A stretch of 64,000 nucleotides of DNA, from positions 586 through 64,585 of the forward strand of contig DAOLCO010000015.1 in NCBI GenBank assembly GCA_035327825.1, written 5' to 3'. Positions 44,317 to 54,180 of the stretch are shown piece after piece. Under the pieces are notes generated by a model. The model did not search any database, was not told where the DNA came from, and saw only the letters and a list, made by a program, of their open reading frames with translations. The DNA comes from Oligoflexia bacterium. Lineage in GTDB: Bacteria > Bdellovibrionota_C > UBA2361 > SZUA-149 > DAOLCO01. Each line of letters starts with the position of its first letter. The first letter of the stretch is position 1. A program made the position numbers and the translations under genes.

Positions 44317-45195
44317 CTATTTCAGTAACCAGATCAAAATACCCTTTTGGGCATGCAAGCGATTTTCTGCCTGATCAAACACAACCGAATTTGGTCCATC
44401 AATTACTTCAGCATCTACTTCTTCCCCACGATGAGCAGGCAAACAATGCATAAAGATACAATTACTGCTTGCTTCCATTAGTAATTTCATACTTACCCTG
44501 TATTTTTCAAAAACCTTTCTTCGTACAAAAACCTCTGCTTCCTGACCCATAGATGTCCAGACATCTGTATATATGACATCCGCACCTTCTACGGCGACAA
44601 GAGGATCATATATCACGGAATAAGGGACCTCTTTGGGAGAGATTGCTGGCTCATAACCCCTAGGGCAACTAACTCGCATTTCATAACCAAGAATTGAGCT
44701 TGCCTTGATTAAAGAATTGCAAACATTATTTCCATCACCAATATAAACTATTCGACAGGACTTGCCTTTTTTATACTCCTGAATTGTAAGCATATCTGCC
44801 ATAGCCTGACAGGGATGAGAAAAATCAGAAAGGCCGTTTATTACTGAAATATCAGAATACTCTGCAAATTCAGTCAGATCAGAATGCCTGTCAACTCGCA
44901 TCATTACCGCATCAAGATAACGAGAAAGAACACGCGCTACATCAGCAACTGATTCCCTGGTACCCATTTGAATTTCAGAAGGCTGAAGAGAGATAGGAAA
45001 TCCTCCAAGCTCTGATATACCTACTTCAAAAGAAACACGGGTACGCATGGAAGGCTTTTCAAAATAAAGACCTATTTTTTTATGCTCTAGGGCATCAGAG
45101 TACAACGAAGGGTCGAGCTTTACTTTGTAAGAAATATCCAGGATCTCCTCCATATCAGAGATTCTTAAACTGGAAAGATCAATAAAATGCTTCAT
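44317..45195 (-). CDS. argF: ornithine carbamoyltransferase
   Basis: 292 aa. Carbamoyl-phosphate motif SMRTR (a variant of STRTR), HPCQ, DVWTSMG (DxxxSMG ornithine site) and HCLPAHRGEEV. Confidence 0.85.
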   Translation of the reverse strand: MKHFIDLSSLRISDMEEILDISYKVKLDPSLYSDALEHKKIGLYFEKPSMRTRVSFEVGISELGGFPISLQPSEIQMGTRESVADVARVLSRYLDAVMMRVDRHSDLTEFAEYSDISVINGLSDFSHPCQAMADMLTIQEYKKGKSCRIVYIGDGNNVCNSLIKASSILGYEMRVSCPRGYEPAISPKEVPYSVIYDPLVAVEGADVIYTDVWTSMGQEAEVFVRRKVFEKYRVSMKLLMEASSNCIFMHCLPAHRGEEVDAEVIDGPNSVVFDQAENRLHAQKGILIWLLK

Positions 45196-45224
45196 TACAA
45201 CTCCTTTTCAGAATCGGTTATTTC

Positions 45225-46109
45225 TCATCTTATCGAAGGCGGAGCTGATTTTCTTCGTGAATACGTAAGTTTTGTACCAATTCCCCTTTCAGTAAATAGC
45301 TCCAATAAAACGCTATGAGGGGTCTTGCCGTTTATCAAATGAACATCAGCAACCCCCTTACGAAGAGCATTGGCAGAGAACTCAAGTTTGGGAATCATGC
45401 CTCCAGTAACTCTAGAATCACCAATTAGTACCTCGGCCTCCCTCAGATCCAGTTCATCAACCAGTTCTCCATCTAATATCAATCCATCAACATCACTGAG
45501 ATAAATTAACTTTTTTGCGTCAAGTGAAACAGCAATCGCACATGCCAGCTCATCTGCATTTATGTTCATTGTTCTTCCATCGTAAGAACTTGCTATACTT
45601 GAAACAACAGGAACGATCGCATTTTCAAGTAACAGCTTTAAAATAGCCGGTCTTGTTTCTACTATACGACCAACATTACCAAGGTCCTCACCATCCTGAC
45701 CTTTGAGATCCTCAACAGACAAAAGTCCAGAATCTTTTCCTGACAATCCAACCGCAGGACATCCAGACAAGGTAAGAATTGAAACAATACTTTTATTAAC
45801 AGATCCCGAAAGAACCATTTCTACAATATCTGCATCCTCAGGCGAGGTATAGCGATAACCACCAACAAATCGAGTTTCTTTGCCAAGTTTAGAAAGCATT
45901 TTACTTACATCTTTTCCACCACCATGAACGATCACAACGGATATTCCAACCGCTCGAAGAAATGAAATATCGAGAGACATAGATCGCTTTATTTCAGAAT
46001 CAGAAAGAGCCGAACCACCGAGTTTGATAATAACTACTTCATCTTTAAATTTCTTGAGATAGGGCAAAGATTCTATAAAAGCGTCAGCAACTTTATTATC
46101 AATAGTCAT
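45225..46109 (-). CDS. argB: acetylglutamate kinase
   Basis: 294 aa. Amino-acid-kinase fold with ..IIKLGGSALSD.., VVIVHGGGKDVSKML and ..YLSDVDGLIL.. motifs. Confidence 0.88.
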   Translation of the reverse strand: MTIDNKVADAFIESLPYLKKFKDEVVIIKLGGSALSDSEIKRSMSLDISFLRAVGISVVIVHGGGKDVSKMLSKLGKETRFVGGYRYTSPEDADIVEMVLSGSVNKSIVSILTLSGCPAVGLSGKDSGLLSVEDLKGQDGEDLGNVGRIVETRPAILKLLLENAIVPVVSSIASSYDGRTMNINADELACAIAVSLDAKKLIYLSDVDGLILDGELVDELDLREAEVLIGDSRVTGGMIPKLEFSANALRKGVADVHLINGKTPHSVLLELFTERGIGTKLTYSRRKSAPPSIR

Positions 46110-46126
46110 AAATCTCTTTAATATGA

Positions 46127-46678
46127 TTATTTCAATTCTGATTGTAACAGATAATAGTAAGAAAGCAGTGCAAGTCCATGTCGCATCTCACCCTTTTTAA
46201 CCAATTCAGCAAGCTCACTCCTTGAAATTTTTAATACAGAAATATCCTCAGCATCTTCAAGTTTCTGCGGACCCGCTTCATCAATACCCCGCGCAATATA
46301 AAAATAAGCCTTGTTATTCTGCAAGGCAGGATTAGGATGAACCCAGCCAAGGAATTCAAAATCATTAGCTGTATATCCGGTTTCCTCAGAAAGCTCAGCC
46401 CTTGCCGCCTCCTCCGGAGTATAACCCATTTCTATCTGCCCTGCTGGAAATTCAAGGTAATATGACTCAGTTCCAAACCTAAAAATCTTGATCATTAGCA
46501 AATCGCCATTAGAAAACTCGGGAATAACATGCACCCAGTCTTTAAAGTTCAAACGATAGAAGTCATCTTTAAAACCAGAAGAATCAGAGAATGTATTTGT
46601 ACTTAAACTAAAAAATGGTGTGGTAAATGCTTGAACACTTGATATTTTAGACCATCCTCTGGATTTTTTATCAGCCAT
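46127..46678 (-). CDS. NUDIX hydrolase
   Basis: 183 aa. Nudix box ..GQIEMGYTPEEAARAELSEETGYTAND.. (GX5EX7REUXEEXGU-like). Confidence 0.8.
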   Translation of the reverse strand: MADKKSRGWSKISSVQAFTTPFFSLSTNTFSDSSGFKDDFYRLNFKDWVHVIPEFSNGDLLMIKIFRFGTESYYLEFPAGQIEMGYTPEEAARAELSEETGYTANDFEFLGWVHPNPALQNNKAYFYIARGIDEAGPQKLEDAEDISVLKISRSELAELVKKGEMRHGLALLSYYYLLQSELK

Positions 46679-46800
46679 AATTAAAGTGAGGTTCTATGCC
46701 GTCTGTAATTTGCCTTAGTACGCAATCATAATATAGTATCCCATGAAAGTTAGTTACAATCTTTCAGCTTCTATACCATTGTCCTCATCCAAAGGCCTCA

Positions 46801-47916
46801 ATGAGACCATCTCACCTTCAAATTAATCTGTCCAGCATCGCTCATAACCTTGGTCTAATAAAAAAATTCGTGAAACCAGCCAAAGTAATGGCTATTGTAA
46901 AGGCAAATGCATACGGTCATGGATTAATTCCTGTTGCAAAAGTTCTTGAAGAGTACGGGGCCGATTATCTAGGTGTTGCTTTTGTTGAAGAAGGAGTAAC
47001 ACTACGAAAGTCTGGAATAAAACTTCCAATACTAACTCTTGGTGGTATTTCCGGAAGACAAATCGGTCTTTTTCTTGATCATGATCTTGATATAACGGCA
47101 TCTTCAGTAAGCAAGCTTGAAGCAATTGATCAGGCCGCAAGAAACAGTAATAAAATAGCTCGTGTTCATCTAAAAATAGATACCGGAATGGAACGTATTG
47201 GTGTTCATTACTATTCAACTGAAATAGAAAATCTTATTTCCAAATCACTTTCCTCAAAGAACATTGAGCTGATAAGCATATTGAGTCATCTCGCGGATTC
47301 AGAGTCGGTAGATACCTCATTTATGAAAGAACAGTTAAATCGCTTCACAAAGTGTCTTGAGCCATTCAAATCCATTCTGCCTAAAAATACCATTCTTCAT
47401 ATCGCGAATTCTGGTGGGATTTTATCCAGTAAAGACTGTCACCTTCAAATGGTTCGACCTGGAAGGATTTTATACGGCGTCAGTCCAGCTCCACACCTGA
47501 ATCACGTACTACCTTTAATTCCATCACTCGCTCTTACCTCTGAAGTGGTCTATTTCAAAGTTGTGAAAAAAGGAGCTACCGTAAGCTACGGAAGGACATG
47601 GGAAGCACTAGAAGACACAAGAGTAGTAACTATACCACTGGGATACGGGGATGGCCTTCCCAGAAGGTACGGTAATGTTGGTTCTGTCCTTATTCGAGGG
47701 AAAAAATATCCAATAACCGGAACAATCTGCATGGATCAGTTAATGGTTAATATTGGTCCAAAAGGAGAAGCATATAATGGAGACCAAGTTACAATTATAG
47801 GGAGTGATGGAGATGAAAGTATCAGCGTTACAGATCTTGCAAACATAATTAATGCCGAACCACTTGAAATTCTAACATCACTTAATACTCGATTACCCAG
47901 ACAGTACATTTTATAA
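46801..47916 (+). CDS. alr: alanine racemase
   Basis: 371 aa. PLP-lysine motif VMAIVKANAYGHG near the N-terminus and a C-terminal beta domain. Confidence 0.9.
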   Translation: MRPSHLQINLSSIAHNLGLIKKFVKPAKVMAIVKANAYGHGLIPVAKVLEEYGADYLGVAFVEEGVTLRKSGIKLPILTLGGISGRQIGLFLDHDLDITASSVSKLEAIDQAARNSNKIARVHLKIDTGMERIGVHYYSTEIENLISKSLSSKNIELISILSHLADSESVDTSFMKEQLNRFTKCLEPFKSILPKNTILHIANSGGILSSKDCHLQMVRPGRILYGVSPAPHLNHVLPLIPSLALTSEVVYFKVVKKGATVSYGRTWEALEDTRVVTIPLGYGDGLPRRYGNVGSVLIRGKKYPITGTICMDQLMVNIGPKGEAYNGDQVTIIGSDGDESISVTDLANIINAEPLEILTSLNTRLPRQYIL

Positions 47917-47917
47917 A

Positions 47918-49621
47918 ATGACGACAGAACAGGCGGCAACAATATTTGATGAAATAACAGCGCTCCTGGAATTATCTGGCGCAAATTCTTTTAAAATTCG
48001 TGCCTATGATAATGCCACTAAAATATTAAAGCGCGAAAATATGCCTCTGAACGAATTTCTTGACCTCGCCAAATCAGGATCAATCAAGGGTTTTGGAAAG
48101 GATTTAACTTCAAAAATTGAAGAGCTTAGCAAAACTGAAAAGATTACTGAACTTACAGAACTCCGAGGTAGCATTCCCAGTGGACTATTGGAGCTCTTAC
48201 GAATCAAAACTCTTGGTGGAAAAAAGATCAGACTCTTAAATGAAACACTTGGAATAAAAAACATAGAAGACCTTGTAAAAGCCTGCGAAAATGAATCTCT
48301 TATAAAAGTAAAAGGATTTGGAGAAAAGACATCAATTACTCTAAGAAAAAACATAGCTTTTTATCTAGCCCATAAAGGAATGATTCGCCTTAACAACCTT
48401 GAAAACATTTTTCAGGCTATTAATGAGAAACTAATGGGGGCTAATATCTATCCGCTTGGAGAAGCAGCCAGATTTTCCGAAATTATTAAAAAAATTGAGT
48501 TCCTTGGATTAAGCAAGGATCGCTCTGTTATTATATCCGCAATTAATAATTTAGGTGGCACTCTTAATAAGGGAGAATCAGATTCAGAATTATCATTTAG
48601 TCTAGGGCCAAATAATATTTCCATTACTATATACCTTTGCAGCGAAAATTCATTTAGCAAAAACTGTTTTAAAAAAACTGCCGACTCAAAACATCTAGAG
48701 TATCTGGCAGAATATGATAATTACAATAACGCCTGGGAGAATTTCTCAAATGAATCTGATTTCTACAAGAGTCTTGGACTACCGGTATTTCCACCAGAAA
48801 TGAGAGAGGGGCTTTATGAAAAAGAGTTTCTTGACTCTCACCCAGAGTTAAACATTCCTGGCCTTGATCTAGGTGGACATCTTATATCGAAGTCTCAACT
48901 AAAAGGAGCACTTCATGTTCATTCAACTTACTCTGATGGAAAAAATTCTATTAGGGATCTCGCTATCGCCTCTCTTTCACTTGGCTTTTCTTACCTTGGC
49001 ATTACGGATCATTCAAAATCTGCTGCCTATGCAGGAGGACTCACAGAAGATAAAATAAAAAAGCAACACGATGAAATAGATAAGCTTAACGAAGAACTCG
49101 CTCCTTTTAAGATTTTAAAAGGGATAGAATCAGACATTCTTAAAAATGGGGATCTTGATTATTCGGATAATATTCTTTCGAGTTTTGATTTTATTATAGC
49201 CTCAATACACCAAAGATACGCACAGAATAAAACTGAAATGACAGAAAGAATTATCACTGCGATAAGAAACCCTTTCACGACAATTCTAGGCCACCCTACT
49301 GGAAGATTACTACTTGAAAGATCGGCTTACGATATTGATATTGATAAAATTCTCATTGCAGCCATTGAATCAGGGACATGGATTGAGTGCAATTCAAATC
49401 CGAAACGACTAGACCTTAGTGCCGAAAACTTATGGAAAGCTAAATCCCTGAATATTCCACTTGTCATAACTCCTGATGCTCACAACCTGGATCAGCTGGA
49501 ATTTGTAAAGTACGGAGTCTATCAAGCAAGAAAGGCAGGCATTTTACCAAATCAGGTTATGAATACACTTTCGCCACATCAATTCATAACGCATTTAAAT
49601 ATAAAAGATGCAAGGCGGTAA
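47918..49621 (+). CDS. polX: PolX-family protein (Pol beta-like HhH/thumb + PHP phosphoesterase domain). The polymerase catalytic motif appears degenerate.
   Basis: 567 aa. HhH motifs (KGFGKDLTSKI, VKGFGEKTSITL) and PHP motifs (LHVHSTYSDG, ITDHS, ASIHQ, GHPTGRLL). Where bacterial PolX has GSxRRG..GDxDxL, this protein reads GEAARFSEIIKKIEFL. Confidence 0.8.
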   Translation: MTTEQAATIFDEITALLELSGANSFKIRAYDNATKILKRENMPLNEFLDLAKSGSIKGFGKDLTSKIEELSKTEKITELTELRGSIPSGLLELLRIKTLGGKKIRLLNETLGIKNIEDLVKACENESLIKVKGFGEKTSITLRKNIAFYLAHKGMIRLNNLENIFQAINEKLMGANIYPLGEAARFSEIIKKIEFLGLSKDRSVIISAINNLGGTLNKGESDSELSFSLGPNNISITIYLCSENSFSKNCFKKTADSKHLEYLAEYDNYNNAWENFSNESDFYKSLGLPVFPPEMREGLYEKEFLDSHPELNIPGLDLGGHLISKSQLKGALHVHSTYSDGKNSIRDLAIASLSLGFSYLGITDHSKSAAYAGGLTEDKIKKQHDEIDKLNEELAPFKILKGIESDILKNGDLDYSDNILSSFDFIIASIHQRYAQNKTEMTERIITAIRNPFTTILGHPTGRLLLERSAYDIDIDKILIAAIESGTWIECNSNPKRLDLSAENLWKAKSLNIPLVITPDAHNLDQLEFVKYGVYQARKAGILPNQVMNTLSPHQFITHLNIKDARR

Positions 49622-49682
49622 TTCAATTTTGCCAAAAACCAGTTTCTAAGAGATACTCCTGCAAAGAAAATAATTTTTAGTT

Positions 49683-50000
49683 ATGGAAAATCATCTAAAG
49701 TCTGAAATTGATCACATTGTAATTATTGTTTCCGATCTGGATCAATCAGTAAATTGGTACACGACGAGTTTCGGCTGTGAAATCCTCCTCAAAGAAAAAA
49801 GACTGGTTGTACTCGGCTTTAGAAATATCAAGCTAGTTCTTAGTCTTCCCAGCGAACAAAGACCCCATATCGGGATCATAAAAAGCGATGCTGCTGATTT
49901 TGGTGAAATTATCGAACAGTCTGATTCCTGTCACTCAACTTTTATATCAGATCCAAGCGGCAATCAGGTTGAGCTGGTTCAGTATCCTCTAAGTGTTTAA
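49683..50000 (+). CDS. glyoxalase/bleomycin-resistance/VOC-family small protein
   Basis: 105 aa. MENHLKSEIDHIVIIVSDLDQSVNWYTTSFGCEIL.. is a typical VOC beta-alpha-beta-beta-beta start. Confidence 0.65.
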   Translation: MENHLKSEIDHIVIIVSDLDQSVNWYTTSFGCEILLKEKRLVVLGFRNIKLVLSLPSEQRPHIGIIKSDAADFGEIIEQSDSCHSTFISDPSGNQVELVQYPLSV

Positions 50001-50017
50001 CTTTATAATTAAATAAT

Positions 50018-50938
50018 ATGAACATACTGCTTACCGGTGGAACTGGGCTTATTGGCACAAGACTAATTGAACTTGGGTGCAATGAAGGTCACAGCTTTAT
50101 TGTTTTAACCAGAAAAATCCCTGAGAGTAAATCCTTAAAAAATGACAACTACAGAGTTGAATATTCATTGTGGAACCCGGAAAATGAGCAGATAGATCTT
50201 GATATTTTAAATAATGTAGATGCCGTAATCAATCTTGCTGGTGAAAACATTGCGTCTCATAGATGGACAAAGAAAATCAAACTTTCTCTTATGGAAAGTC
50301 GTATTAAATCAACGCAATTTATAAGAAAAAGTATTTTATCACTTGAACATCCTCCGCCGGTTTTTATATCTGCTTCTGCAACAGGATATTACCGGGAAAA
50401 ATGGACTGGCAATATTACCGAGGAAGGAGATGCCGGATCAGATTTTATAAATGAAATATGCAAGGCATGGGAAAGGGAAGCCCAGATACCATCTAATTCC
50501 AAAATTAGAACTGTTCAGGCAAGAATAGGAATTGTTTTATCTAGAGATGGCGGAGCACTAAAAAAAATGCTTTTTCCATTTAAACTTGGACTTGGTGGCT
50601 GCCTTGGATCCGGCAAGCAGTATTTGAGCTGGATATCACTAGATGATATAGTTAGAGCATTACTATTCTGCATTGATAATGAGAAGATGAGGGGTGCTGT
50701 AAATTTTACATCTCCAAAACCTGTTACAAACAAGCAGTTCACCATTGCTCTTGGAAAAGCTCTTGGAAAACCAGCAATATTTCAGGTGCCGGCATTTCTT
50801 CTTCGACTCGTTCTTGGAGAAATGGCCGATCAATTGTTACTTAGAAGTCTTCCAGTAGTACCAGAAAAACTTCTTATGAATCGCTTTGAGTTTAAGGATA
50901 AGGATCTGGAGGACTTCCTTAAGAAGATTGTTAGATAA
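50018..50938 (+). CDS. epimerase-family protein (TIGR01777 / SDR39U1-like, NAD-binding Rossmann + DUF1731 C-terminal)
   Basis: 306 aa. MNILLTGGTGLIGTRL.. and the C-terminal ..PAFLLRLVLGEMADQLLLRSLPVVPEKLL.. are characteristic of this family. Confidence 0.8.
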   Translation: MNILLTGGTGLIGTRLIELGCNEGHSFIVLTRKIPESKSLKNDNYRVEYSLWNPENEQIDLDILNNVDAVINLAGENIASHRWTKKIKLSLMESRIKSTQFIRKSILSLEHPPPVFISASATGYYREKWTGNITEEGDAGSDFINEICKAWEREAQIPSNSKIRTVQARIGIVLSRDGGALKKMLFPFKLGLGGCLGSGKQYLSWISLDDIVRALLFCIDNEKMRGAVNFTSPKPVTNKQFTIALGKALGKPAIFQVPAFLLRLVLGEMADQLLLRSLPVVPEKLLMNRFEFKDKDLEDFLKKIVR

Positions 50939-50972
50939 TTTTAAGCTAAAGAAAAACACCACACCAGACAGC

Positions 50973-51740
50973 TTATAAAATTTCCTGTTTTCTCGAAAAT
51001 GAATTCTTTTGCGGAGCTTTTGCCGGCACATCCAGAAAACTGGATATTGTTTGAAAAAAGTTGCTGACACCAGAAACATCAGATAATGAAGTAAGAGAAA
51101 AGCTGCCACGCCAGACATTTGGAAGTCGCTCACATAACAAGTTACTCTCCTGAACTACATATGACCCTGCTTCCGGGCTAACACAAACAAGAGATGGTGA
51201 GTGAAGGCGATGAATTTCGGAACGAGAATCAAAATCGCTCCCTCCCTTTCTAAGAGGCAAGCCACATGGAATTTTAGACTCAAGAAAATCTATGGCAGAT
51301 CCCAAAAATGACCTTACCCCAACGCGACTCACAGGGTCAAACAGGGCAACTCGTCTTGCAAATCGGGAGTGAGAAATTGCAAATTGCTGGACGACACAGG
51401 AACCAAGTCCAATTCCCGTAAGATAAGAAAAACGAAGTCCCTGATCTCTAAGTATTTCATAAAGTCGATCGACAAACCCCATAAGACCAGGACCATCAAG
51501 CGGAAAATTGTTTAAAATATGAATATTTGAAAAATTTGATAAGGATTCTGATTCTGAAATACCATTCTTATTTAACTCGCTCGCTGATTTAAAATAATCC
51601 CTAAAAACATTTCTACACTCACTTGAAAAGTACTTGTCTTCTATAATAATCACCAATGACTCCTTGCCACCAGGATTAATAGAAAACGTTTCAAAGTCAA
51701 TTTTGTCTATTTCCACATCAGCACCTCTGCAATTGACCAA
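50973..51740 (-). CDS. hypothetical protein, possibly alpha/beta-hydrolase-like; the start overlaps the upstream discoidin-membrane-protein gene
   Basis: 255 aa. The GIGLGSCVVQQF segment is reminiscent of a nucleophile elbow but is not a clean GxSxG. Confidence 0.4.
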   Translation of the reverse strand: MVNCRGADVEIDKIDFETFSINPGGKESLVIIIEDKYFSSECRNVFRDYFKSASELNKNGISESESLSNFSNIHILNNFPLDGPGLMGFVDRLYEILRDQGLRFSYLTGIGLGSCVVQQFAISHSRFARRVALFDPVSRVGVRSFLGSAIDFLESKIPCGLPLRKGGSDFDSRSEIHRLHSPSLVCVSPEAGSYVVQESNLLCERLPNVWRGSFSLTSLSDVSGVSNFFQTISSFLDVPAKAPQKNSFSRKQEIL

Positions 51741-53449
51741 TCATAAGTAGCATCTCCCCTCTGGAGAACAAAAGTAAAAGTATCACCCTCAACAGGCTCA
51801 ATAAAATCAAATACAACCTCTCCTTGAGGTCCAAAAAACGGAAGTCCGGAAGGGGTATATCGAACAGGCCCAAACCATTCCGGATAATCAATCACGTGAC
51901 GAGAATCACCATTAAGTGAACTGATTAAAGATATACCACGAGGGAAGTCACTACGATGATGAACTATTGACAGAGCCATTCTACGAAGGCGAACAGAACT
52001 TGAGCAAGTTACAATAAACCAGTCGCCAATTTGTTGCGGCCCCCTGGTTGACCAACGAGTTGTGTAGTTTTGATCAAGCGCAAGAAAAGCATCTTCTTCA
52101 TTTTTGGAAGCTGCTGGAACACATTTAAATTCATCAGTCTGACCGATTCTAGTCAAGGACTTCTCATCAAAAGGCCGATAAGAACCTGGATAAGATTGTA
52201 GAAGAAACATGGAAGGAGTACGGTATATATCATCTCTAGCTATCTCTTTAATCTCTACTGGTGGCATTACAACTCTTAGCCGGTGTTCAAGTTTGTCGGG
52301 TTTTAAAGTTAATATTACTTCTGAAAAACTTGCAGTTACAATGCCAATAACAATACCGAATCTGGAAACATACGAGGGCAAAAAAGAGGCTGCTCCCAGG
52401 AGAAAATACCAAAGAAAAATACCAGGAAGAAGAAATGGATAAGGTCTCCATATTAGTCCTGGAAGCAAACGAAATAGCAAACCCTCTGGAGTTTCAGGAA
52501 ACACAGGAAGTAACCACGAAACAAGAAGCATTGATCCAATCACAGCTGCCAAATACATGCTCAAAGTACCAGTGCTCTCCCGTGCAAAAGAAGCATTATC
52601 AGTCCTCTCGTCATTATTTCGGGTAACTTGCCTGAATATCCAGACAAAAATCAAAATAGTCGCAAGTGGAAAAATAAAAATCCCCAATGATGCCATAATT
52701 TTATCTTTCATATTAAGGAAGATGGGAGAATACATTGGAAACGGAATTCGCTCAGGACCAATCAAGGTGGAACCAAATGAAGTAAACTCGGAAAAAGGTA
52801 CAAGTTGCGCATCTCTTGGATAATCAAACTTGTTAGAATAAAGACTGAAATAATAAGTAGAGAGAAATGAAATAAAAAACAGCAAAACAAAAGAAACCTT
52901 TCCGAGAATTCCACTGGTCTGAAAGCTCTTAACAGCGCACTTGTTGCTGAATGAACGCGCGCCTAACAAATGCCCCCCGGATACCAAAACAGAAAGCAGC
53001 ACAAAAAAGAATCCAAGTGGACCGGCAAGTATAACACACCAGAGAAAAGGTAATAAAATTATCAGATCAAGAAAATCAGACTTCCGAAGCGCCGGAAGAC
53101 TAAGTAGCGTCATCAACATCAAGGGAAAAAGATCAAAAAAAACGAGGCCCGTGCGGTCAATAGCAAACAAACCAAGTAAAAAGAAAACTGAATACAAAAA
53201 TGAATTTATCCTGGCATCTGAAAGAAAAGCGGATCTTGATTCATAGTTTCTGGTATTTTCGGAGGCTACAAAATAAAAGACCACCCACGATATACAAAAG
53301 GAAAGGCATGCCGCCACCAGAAAGAATCTGCCCGAATCAGCACCCAAATCACCCCCAAATTTATCAAAAAGAAACAGAAACAGGGGATCGACTGGATAAA
53401 CAGCATCCAGATTAAGAGATTGTAAGAAAATGTAGATTTCCTGAATCAA
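51707..53449 (-). CDS. polytopic membrane protein with a C-terminal F5/8 type C (discoidin) domain
   Basis: 580 aa, about 10 predicted TM helices. C-terminal ..LALDQNYTTRWSTRGPQQIGDWFIVTC..GISLISSLNGDSR.. matches the discoidin consensus (..TRW....Q.W...DLG). Confidence 0.65.
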   Translation of the reverse strand: MIQEIYIFLQSLNLDAVYPVDPLFLFLFDKFGGDLGADSGRFFLVAACLSFCISWVVFYFVASENTRNYESRSAFLSDARINSFLYSVFFLLGLFAIDRTGLVFFDLFPLMLMTLLSLPALRKSDFLDLIILLPFLWCVILAGPLGFFFVLLSVLVSGGHLLGARSFSNKCAVKSFQTSGILGKVSFVLLFFISFLSTYYFSLYSNKFDYPRDAQLVPFSEFTSFGSTLIGPERIPFPMYSPIFLNMKDKIMASLGIFIFPLATILIFVWIFRQVTRNNDERTDNASFARESTGTLSMYLAAVIGSMLLVSWLLPVFPETPEGLLFRLLPGLIWRPYPFLLPGIFLWYFLLGAASFLPSYVSRFGIVIGIVTASFSEVILTLKPDKLEHRLRVVMPPVEIKEIARDDIYRTPSMFLLQSYPGSYRPFDEKSLTRIGQTDEFKCVPAASKNEEDAFLALDQNYTTRWSTRGPQQIGDWFIVTCSSSVRLRRMALSIVHHRSDFPRGISLISSLNGDSRHVIDYPEWFGPVRYTPSGLPFFGPQGEVVFDFIEPVEGDTFTFVLQRGDATYDWSIAEVLMWK

Positions 53450-53535
53450 AATATGACACTATACAATGTTAAGATATTGTCGCATAACATACCATACATA
53501 TGCATTTTTGTCTTTAAATTACCCTGAATATTATT

Positions 53536-54084
53536 ATGAATAGAAAAATAATTTTAACCAATAAATCCGCTAAAACCATACAACATATATCTTATATTAA
53601 AGGAGCTCGCTCCATTCAATCATATTTTACAATAATTACAGTTAGTATCTTGATAGCATTCTTAACTGCTTGCTCAGAAAGTAAAGTGGTCAAAGAAACT
53701 GAGCATCTCGCTCCTGTTCCAATTCAGGAAATAAGAGAACAGCTTAACCTTCCAATAGCTCTTGCAGTTGATGCCTTGTATCTTGTTCTTTCCAGGCACA
53801 ACCTTGAACTACCAGATGGCATTGCCCGCGATGGTTCATTTTCCTCCAGCAGTATTCGAATAAAAGACACAATGTGCGAGGGTAAATATCTTAATAAAGC
53901 CCCGGTTTCCTGTGAGGTAAAAATCAACGGACAAATATTACAGGCTGGGAATAATAAAAGCAGCCTTACACTCCGCTACCAGGAACACTGCCTTGAACAA
54001 AGACATATACCAGTAGTTTGCAAAGATTCTAATGCCGAGAAACTTTTATTTTCAATTCACAGGGAAATAAAAAAACAGAGGTAA
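53536..54084 (+). CDS. lipoprotein, unknown function
   Basis: ..ITVSILIAFLTACSESKVVKE with an LTAC lipobox, followed by a Cys-containing globular domain. Confidence 0.55.
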   Translation: MNRKIILTNKSAKTIQHISYIKGARSIQSYFTIITVSILIAFLTACSESKVVKETEHLAPVPIQEIREQLNLPIALAVDALYLVLSRHNLELPDGIARDGSFSSSSIRIKDTMCEGKYLNKAPVSCEVKINGQILQAGNNKSSLTLRYQEHCLEQRHIPVVCKDSNAEKLLFSIHREIKKQR

Positions 54085-54180
54085 GGAGAACAGGACTAAA
54101 GGTAATAATTGGTCTGTTGACAAATGGCCACACTGTAGTGTTCTTAAATTTGTTAAAATTTCCACGCACTGACTTACTTT

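Noticed and set aside
44317-45195. Possibility that argF encodes an N-acetyl- or N-succinyl-ornithine transcarbamylase (AOTCase/SOTCase) because the CP-binding motif reads SMRTR rather than STRTR
   Set aside because: The ornithine-binding DxxxSMG (DVWTSMG), HPxQ and HCLP motifs of canonical OTCases are all present. AOTC/SOTC enzymes lack the DxxxSMG motif, so this is most simply an ordinary OTCase with a conservative Thr-to-Met substitution.
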